From contig CP154954.1 in the NCBI GenBank assembly GCA_039621445.1, positions 32,465,455-32,529,454 of the forward strand: a stretch of 64,000 bases of DNA, given 5' to 3'. The notes under the pieces were generated by a model. It had not been told where the DNA came from, made no database searches, and saw only the letters and a program-made list of their open reading frames with translations. The stretch is from Euglena gracilis (taxonomy: Eukaryota). The position numbers and the translations under genes are program-made. Of this stretch, positions 55,503 through 64,000 are shown piece by piece (positions within the stretch are counted from its first letter, which is position 1; the number at the start of each line of letters is the position of its first letter).

Positions 55503-55568
55503 TGCCAGGGACCCTGCCTCTGTGACCCCTTCGGGGGTCAAACTCGAGATCGAACACAATCTGCGTAC

Positions 55569-58500
55569 CTCTCTCTCTCTCTCTCTCTCTTTCCGCACAC
55601 AGCGGTAAAAGAGCCAGGCGGTTTCGGATCCAGCCGGGCCTTCCTTGTCGATGCCCCCGACGCCCGGCTGGTGGGGGCAGACCGCCTGGTGACGGGGCAC
55701 TCATGTTCCGCGGGTGGGCGAGTCATGGACCCCAAGGGTATGCGGACCCTCAGGGCCACCCACGGCTCCATCCAGGCAGGCGAGATACAGCCCCGTGGGC
55801 ACCCACCTGGAGAGCGGCTCCGCGTGTTGCATGGCCCTCGGGTGCTGCCGTCACCCGAGGAACGGCCCAGGAACTCCGGTTGCCAGGAGCGGGGACCCCG
55901 GGGGCCACTCGCCCCACTCCTTGGCGTGAAGGTGGTCACCACTCTGGGATACTCTGGTCCACGGCCGGCGCCGATTGGGGTCCTGGCACCCCGTCAGCCC
56001 GCCTCCTTCACCCAGAGATGGGCCAGCCTTCCCGGAGCTACAGCCCGCATAGAGCCACTTGCTTCGACCCCAAGCAAGGTGTGGGGTGCCCGACCCGCGA
56101 CTCACCAGGAGGGTAACCGGCTTCACCCACACGTGGCCCTTTCCTCTGCGGGGGCCACTCGCCCCACTCCTTGGCGTGAAGGTGGTCACCACTCTGGGAT
56201 ACTCTGGTCCACGGCCGGCGCCGATTGGGGTCCTGGCCAGGGCGGTCCATAAAGGACGGGAAGTTTTTTTTTTTTCGTTAAGGACCGCCCCTTAAGGACC
56301 GCCCCCCCGACCAAGGATCGACCGGGACTTGAACGGGGGTCGAAAACCAAAAAGTCGAAAAACGCATTTTTTGACGCTATGCGCGGATGGGCGATGTTCC
56401 AAAAGTGACAGGAATCACTTTTTTTCCCGAAGTCGACCCGTTTCGGGCAAAATACGGCCACTTTTCGGTCATGGATTTTCAAAAAAATTTCCCGGCTGTG
56501 CCGGGACGGGATTTTTTTTTTTTTGCTTAAGGACCGCCCTGGTCCTGGCACCCCGTCAGCCCGCCTCCTTCACCCAGAGATGGGCCAGCCTTCCCGGAGC
56601 TACAGCCCGCATAGAGCCACTTGCTTCGACCCCAAGCAAGGTGTGGGGAGCCCGACCCGCGACTCACCAGGAGGGTAACGGGCTTCACCCACACGTGGCT
56701 CTTTCCTCTGTGCCGACTTGCACTGGAGGCTGTGCGGGCGGGACTTTGCGCTCGAGTCCTTGCAGGCCGAGAAGCACCACCTCGGTTGCTGCGTGGGGTG
56801 GCCTAGCTGATGTTTGTAAACCGCGTCAGCTGGCGGGAGCCCATATTCTTTTCGCCGTGGGCGGTGGCGGCGTCGGCTCACCCCAGACTCCGAGCCCCTA
56901 GCCGTCTTGGGCTGTGTGGGGAAGCGCTTCAGTCCCATGCGCCTGGCCTCGAAGGGCTCGCAAGCGCTAGTTGCCCGGAAGGAAGGCCGGGACTTTTGTT
57001 CCACCCGTTGTGGGGTGGCCGCGGTTTCCCGCGTGTCTCTCTCTTTCCGCACACAGCGGTAAAAGAGCCAGGCGGTTTCGGATCCAGCCGGGCCTTCCTT
57101 GTCGATGCCCCCGACGCCCGGCTGGTGGGGGCAGACCGCCTGGTGACGGGGCACTCATGTTCCGCGGGTGGGCGAGTCATGGACCCCAAGGGTATGCGGA
57201 CCCTCAGGGCCACCCACGGCTCCATCCAGGCAGGCGAGATAAAGCCCCGTGGGCACCCACCTGGAGAGCGGCTCTCCGCGTGTTGCATGGCCCTCGGGTG
57301 CTGCCGTCACCCGAGGAACGGCCCAGGAACTCCGGTTGCCAGGAGCGGGGACCCCGGGGGCCACTCGCCCCACTCCTTGGCGTGAAGGTGGTCACCACTC
57401 TGGGATACTCTGGTCCACGGCCGGCGCCGATTGGGGTCCTGGCACCCCGTCAGCCCGCCTCCTTCACCCAGAGATGGGCCAGCCTTCCCGGAGCTACAGC
57501 CCGCATAGAGCCACTTGCTTCGACCCCAAGCAAGGTATGGGGAGCCCGACCCGCGACTCACCAGGAGGGTAACGGGCTTCACCCACACGTGGCTCTTTCC
57601 TCTGTGCCGACTTGCACTGGAGGCTGTGCGGGCGGGACTTTGCGCTCGAGTCCTTGCAGGCCGAGAAGCACCACCTCGGTTGCTGCGTGGGGTGGCCTAG
57701 CTGATGTTTGTAAACCGCGTCAGCTGGCGGGAGCCCATATTCTTTTCGCCGTGGGCGGTGGCGGCGTCGGCTCACCCCGGACTCCGAGCCCCTAGCCGTC
57801 TTGGGCTGTGTGGGGAAGCGCTTCAGTCCCATGCGCCTGGCCTCGAAGGGCTCGCAAGCGCTAGTTGCCCGGAAGGAAGGCCGGGACTTTTGTTCCACCC
57901 GTTGTGGGGTGGCCGCGGTTTCCCGCGTGTCTCTCTCTTTCCGCACACAGCGGTAAAAGAGCCAGGCGGTTTCGGATCCAGCCGGGCCTTCCTTGTCGAT
58001 GCCCCCGACGCCCGGCTGGTGGGGGCAGACCGCCTGGTGACGGGGCACTCATGTTCCGCGGGTGGGCGAGTCGACCCTCGGACCAGGCCATGGGACTGAA
58101 GCGACCCACCACCAGACGGCTAGGGGCTCGGAGTCTGGGGTGAGCCGACGCCGGAACGCCCGGCGGGCATGGCTCGGAGCTCGCGGTCACATCGCCACCA
58201 CCGCAGCCGAGGTGGGCTTCTGGCCTGCACGGACCCGGCCAGTCCGCCCACAGCCTCCGTGCAAGTCGGCACAGAGGAAAGAGCCACTGGGGTGAAGCCC
58301 GACCCTCCTGGTGAGTCGCGGGTGGGCTCCCCCACACTTGCTTGGGGTGGCGGGGCTTTGCGGGCTGTAGCTCGGGAAGCACATCTCTTGAAGGAAGGGC
58401 TAGGGGTGCCAGGACCCAACCGCGCCGTGGCAGAGTGGTGAGCCACCTTCCGCCGGAGTGGGGGCGAGTGGCCCCCGGGGTCCCGCTCCTGGCAACCGGA

Positions 58501-61500
58501 GTTCCTGGGCTGTGGGGACGCGCACCCCGAGGGCCATGCAACACGCAGCCGCTCGGTGGTGCCCACGGGGCTTTTGCCACCCGTGGGTGGCGGGGCCCAT
58601 ACCCTCTCTTTTCCGGACTCGCCCACACAGCGGAAAAGAGCCCCCGTCACCAGCGGTCTGTCCCCCCATGCGGGCCTCGGGGGCTCGCAAGCGCTAGGCC
58701 CGGCTGGAAGGCCGGCTTTTGTTCCACCCGTTGCGGGGGTGGCCGCGGCCCGCGGTCTCCCCCCACAGGCGAGACAAAAGCCCGGCCTTCCTTGGGACTA
58801 GCGCGTGCGAGCCCTTCGAGGCAGGCCTGGTGAAGCGCTTCCCACACGCCCGCGGGTGGGGCGGAGTCTGGGGTACCGACGCCACCACCGCCCACGGCGA
58901 ATGGGCTCCCCACTGACGCGGACTCTGGCCACCCCCGGCGCCGATTGGTCCTGGCCTGCACCCGAGCCACCCGCCCCACAGCCTCCGTGCCAAGTCGGCA
59001 CAGGGAAAGGCCACTTTGGGGTGAAGCCCGACCCTCTGGTGATGGGGTCGGGCTCCCACACCGCTTGGGGTCAAGCAAGGCTCTATGCGGGCTTCACCCA
59101 ACTGGCCACTCTGTGAAGGACGGGGTGCGGGGGTGCGGACTCGCGCCGGCCTTGCAGGCCGAGCCACACCACCTCGGAGTGGGGGGTGGCCTAGCTGATG
59201 TTGTAAACCGCGTCAGCTGGCGGAGCCTCCTTCCTCGGGTGGCGGCAGCACCCGGACCCGAGCCCTCTTGCCGTGGGTGGGGGGCTTCAGCCTGCCATGG
59301 AGCCTGTGGGCCTGGCCTCGAAGGGTCCGCAGTTGCCCGGAAGGAAGGCCCGGAAGGAAGGAACTTTTGTTCCACCCGTTGTGGGGTGGCCGCGGTTTCC
59401 CGCGTGTCTCTCTCTTTCCGCACACAGCGGTAAAAGAGCCAGGCGGTTTCGGATCCAGCCGGGCCTTCCTTGTCGATGCCCCCGACGCCCGGCTGGTGGG
59501 GGCAGACCGCCTGGTGACGGGGCACTCATGTTCCGCGGGTGGGCGAGTCATGGACCCCAAGGGTATGCGGACCCTCAGGGCCACCCACGGCTCCATCCAG
59601 GCAGGCGAGATAAAGCCCCGTGGGCACCCACCTGGAGAGCGGCTCCGCGTGTTGCATGGCCCTCGGGTGCTGCCGTCACCCGAGGAACGGCCCAGGAACT
59701 CCGGTTGCCAGGAGCGGGGACCCCGGGGGCCACTCGCCCCACTCCTTGGCGTGAAGGTGGTCACCACTCTGGGATACTCTGGTCCACGGCCGGCGCCGAT
59801 TGGGGTCCTGGCACCCCGTCAGCCCGCCTCCTTCACCCAGAGATGGGCCAGCCTTCCCGGAGCTACAGCCCGCATAGAGCCACTTGCTTCGACCCGAAGC
59901 AAGGTATGGGGAGCCCGACCCGCGACTCACCAGGAGGGTAACGGGCTTCACCCACACGTGGCTCTTTCCTCCGTGCCGACTTGCACTGGAGGCTGTGCGG
60001 GCGGGACTTTGCGCTCGAGTCCTTGCAGGCCGAGAAGCACCACCTCGGTTGCTGCGTGGGGTGGCCTAGCTGATGTTTGTAAACCGCGTCAGCTGGCGGG
60101 AGCCCATATTCTTTTCGCCGTGGGCGGTGGCGGCGTCGGCTCACCCCGGACTCCGAGCCCCTAGCCGTCTTGGGCTGTGTGGGGAAGCGCTTCAGTCCCA
60201 TGCGCCTGGCCTCGAAGGGCTCGCAAGCGCTAGTTGCCCGGAAGGAAGGCCGGGACTTTTGTTCCACCTGTTGTGGGGTGGCCGCAGTTTCCCGCGTGTC
60301 TCTCTCTTTTCCGCAGACAGCGGTAAAGCAGCCAGGCGGTTTCGGATCCAGCCGGGCCTTCAGTGTCGATGCCCCCGACGCCCAGCTGGTGGGGGCAGAC
60401 CGCCTGGTGACGGGGCACTCATGTTCCGCGGGTGGGCGAGTCATGGACCCCAAGGGTATGCGGACCCTCAGGGCCACCCACGGCTCCATCCAGGCAGGCG
60501 AGATAAAGCCCCGTGGGCACCCACCTGGAGAGCGGCTCCGCGTGTTGCATGGCCCTCGGGTGCTGCCGTCACCCGGGGAACGGCCCAGGAACTCCGGTTG
60601 CCAGGAGCGGGGACCCCGGGGGCCACTCGCCCCACTCCTTGGCGTGAAGGTGGTCACCACTTTGGGATACTCTGGTCCACGGCCGGCGCCGATTGGGGTC
60701 CTGGCACCCCGTCAGCCCGCCTCCTTCACCCAGAGATGGGCCAGCCTTCCCGGAGCTACAGCCCGCATAGAGCCACTTGCTTCGACCCCAAGCAAGGTAT
60801 GGGGAGCCCGACCCGCGACTCACCAGGAGGGTAACGGGCTTCACCCACACGTGGCTCTTTCCTCTGTGCCGACTTGCACTGGAGGCTGTGCGGGCGGGAC
60901 TTTGCGCTCGAGTCCTTGCAGGCCGAGAAGCACCACCTCGGTTGCTGCGTGGGGTGGCCTAGCTGATGTTTGTAAACCGCGTCAGCTGGCGGGAGCCCAT
61001 ATTCTTTTCGCCGTGGGCGGTGGCGGCGTCGGCTCACCCCGGACTCCGAGCCCCTAGCCGTCTTGGGCTGTGTGGGGAAGCGCTTCAGTCCCATGCGCCT
61101 GGCCTCGAAGGGCTCGCAAGCGCTAGTTGCCCGGAAGGAAGGCCGGGACTTTTGTTCCACCCGTTGTGGGGTGGCCGCGGTTTCCCGCGTGTCTCTCTCT
61201 TTCCGCACACAGCGGTAAAAGAGCCAGGCGGTTTCGGATCCAGCCGGCCCTTCCTTGTCGATGCCCCCGACGCCCGGCTGGTGGGGGCAGACCGCCTGGT
61301 GACGGGGCACTCATGTTCCGCGGGTGGGCGAGTCATGGACCCCAAGGGTATGCGGACCCTCAGGGCCACCCACGGCTCCATCCAGGCAGGCGAGATAAAG
61401 CCCCGTGGGCACCCACCTGGAGAGCGGCTCCGCGTGTTGCATGGCCCTCGGGTGCTGCCGTCACCCGAGGAACGGCCCAGGAACTCCGGTTGCCAGGAGC

Positions 61501-64000
61501 GGGGACCCCGGGGGCCACTCGCCCCACTCCTTGGCGTGAAGGTGGTCACCACTCTGGGATACTCTGGTCCACGGCCGGCGCCGATTGGGGTCCTGGCACC
61601 CCGTCAGCCCGCCTCCTTCACCCAGAGATGGGCCAGCCTTCCCGGAGCTACAGCCCGCATAGAGCCACTTGCTTCGACCCCAAGCAAGGTATGGGGAGCC
61701 CGACCCGCGACTCACCAGGAGGGTAACGGGCTTCACCCACACGTGGCTCTTTCCTCTGTGCCGACTTGCACTGGAGGCTGTGCGGGCGGGACTTTGCGCT
61801 CGAGTCCTTGCAGGCCGAGAAGCACCACCTCGGTTGCTGCGTGGGGTGGCCTAGCTGATGTTTGTAAACCGCGTCAGCTGGCGGGAGCCCATATTCTTTT
61901 CGCCGTGGGCGGTGGCGGCGTCGGCTCACCCCGGACTCCGAGCCCCTAGCCGTCTTGGGCTGTGTGGGGAAGCGCTTCAGTCCCATGCGCCTGGCCTCGA
62001 AGGGCTCGCAAGCGCTAGTTGCCCGGAAGGAAGGCCGGGACTTTTGTTCCACCCGTTGTGGGGTGGCCGCGGTTTCCCGCGTGTCTCTCTCTTTCCGCAC
62101 ACAGCGGTAAAGAGCCAGGCGGTTTCGGATCCAGCCGGGCCTTCCTTGTCGATGCCCCCGACGCCCGGCTGGTGGGGGCAGACCGCCTGGTGACGGGGCA
62201 CTCATGTTCCGCGGGTGGGCGAGTCATGGACCCCAAGGGTATGCGGACCCTCAGGGCCACCCACGGCTCCATCCAGGCAGGCGAGATAAAGCCCCGTGGG
62301 CACCCACCTGGAGAGCGGCTCCGCGTGTTGCATGGCCCTCGGGTGCTGCCGTCACCCGAGGAACGGCCCAGGAACTCCGGTTGCCAGGAGCGGGGACCCC
62401 GGGGGCCACTCGCCCCACTCCTTGGCGTGAAGGTGGTCACCACTCTGGGATACTCTGGTCCACGGCCGGCGCCGATTGGGGTCCTGGCACCCCGTCAGCC
62501 CGCCTCCTTCACCCAGAGATGGGCCAGCCTTCCCGGAGCTACAGCCCGCATAGAGCCACTTGCTTCGACCCCAAGCAAGGTATGGGGAGCCCGACCCGCG
62601 ACTCACCAGGAGGGTAACGGGCTTCACCCACACGTGGCTCTTTCCTCTGTGCCGACTTGCACTGGAGGCTGTGCGGGCGGGACTTTGCGCTCGAGTCCTT
62701 GCAGGCCGAGAAGCACCACCTCGGTTGCTGCGTGGGGTGGCCTAGCTGATGTTTGTAAACCGCGTCAGCTGGCGGGAGCCCATATTCTTTTCGCCGTGGG
62801 CGGTGGCGGCGTCGGCTCACCCCGGACTCCGAGCCCCTAGCCGTCTTGGGCTGTGTGGGGAAGCGCTTCAGTCCCATGCGCCTGGCCTCGAAGGGCTCGC
62901 AAGCGCTAGTTGCCCGGAAGGAAGGCCGGGACTTTTGTTCCACCCGTTGTGGGGTGGCCGCGGTTTCCCGCGTGTCTCTCTCTTTTCCGCACACAGCGGT
63001 AAAAGAGCCAGGCGGTTTCGGATCCAGCCGGGCCTTCCTTGTCGATGCCCCCGACGCCCGGCTGGTGGGGGCAGACCGCCTGGTGACGGGGCACTCATGT
63101 TCCGCGGGTGGGCGAGTCATGGACCCCAAGGGTATGCGGACCCTCAGGGCCACCCACGGCTCCATCCAGGCAGGCGAGATAAAGCCCCGTGGGCACCCAC
63201 CTGGAGAGCGGCTCCGCGTGTTGCATGGCCCTCGGGTGCTGCCGTCACCCGAGGAACGGCCCAGGAACTCCGGTTGCCAGGAGCGGGGACCCCGGGGGCC
63301 ACTCGCCCCACTCCTTGGCGTGAAGGTGGTCACCACTCTGGGATACTCTGGTCCACGGCCGGCGCCGATTGGGGTCCTGGCACCCCGTCAGCCCGCCTCC
63401 TTCACCCAGAGATGGGCCAGCCTTCCCGGAGCTACAGCCCGCATAGAGCCACTTGCTTCGACCCCAAGCAAGGTATGGGGAGCCCGACCCGCGACTCACC
63501 AGGAGGGTAACGGGCTTCACCCACACGTGGCTCTTTCCTCTGTGCCGACTTGCACTGGAGGCTGTGCGGGCGGGACTTTGCGCTCGAGTCCTTGCAGGCC
63601 GAGAAGCACCACCTCGGTTGCTGCGTGGGGTGGCCTAGCTGATGTTTGTAAACCGCGTCAGCTGGCGGGAGCCCATATTCTTTTCGCCGTGGGCGGTGGC
63701 GGCGTCGGCTCACCCCGGACTCCGAGCCCCTAGCCGTCTTGGGCTGTGTGGGGAAGCGCTTCAGTCCCATGCGCCTGGCCTCGAAGGGCTCGCAAGCGCT
63801 AGTTGCCCGGAAGGAAGGCCGGGACTTTTGTTCCACCCGTTGTGGGGTGGCCGCGGTTTCCCGCGTCTCTCTCTCTCTTTCCGCACACAGCGGTAAAGGA
63901 GCCAGGCGGTTTCGGATCCAGCCGGGCCTTCCTTGTCGATGCCCCCGACGCCCGGCTGGTGGGGGCAGACCGCCTGGTGACGGGGCACTCATGTTCCGCG
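55569..64000. repeat. Tandem array of a GC-rich ~892-bp unit inside a KRI1 intron; continues past the window end
   Basis: Landmark CTCTCTTTCCGCACACAGCGG recurs at ~55585, 57040, 57933, 59409, 60302, 61195, 62087, 62980, 63873; units near-identical. Confidence 0.96.
56238..56541. mobile_element. hAT-like MITE family A, copy 3 (inside the satellite)
   Basis: 8-bp TSD GTCCTGGC; empty site present in the other satellite units. Confidence 0.95.

Noticed and set aside
55185-63992. Long ORFs (up to 355 aa) in the tandem array
   Set aside because: GC-rich stop-poor repeat; frames differ between copies through 1-2 nt indels; no recognisable domain.
55569-64000. SL RNA/5S rRNA tandem repeat, or hammerhead/hairpin/HDV ribozyme in the unit
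   Set aside because: No euglenid SL or 5S sequence recognised; no CUGANGA core on either strand; no convincing HDV or hairpin topology by eye. A covariance search is still warranted.

Overview
Eukaryotic nuclear DNA, almost certainly euglenid (Euglena-like). This is inferred from the mix of GT-AG introns and base-paired non-conventional introns (CAG-like at +4..+6, CTG-like at -8..-6). Three intron-rich genes lie on the + strand: a prohibitin (5' exons not found), a UPF0489/C5orf22-like protein with an N-terminal hydrophobic leader, and KRI1 (3' end beyond the window). Introns are packed with nested non-autonomous DNA transposons, microsatellites, telomere-like repeats and a >8 kb array of a structured ~892-bp unit. 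Main observation: several MITE families have CAG...CTG ends and 8-bp TSDs, and at least 13 reconstructed non-conventional introns have 3 nt before CAG and 5 nt after CTG (3+5=8). That is the geometry that would splice such a MITE out scarlessly, suggesting hAT-type MITEs generate these introns. All exon boundaries were derived by eye from frame and family resemblance, without transcript data.
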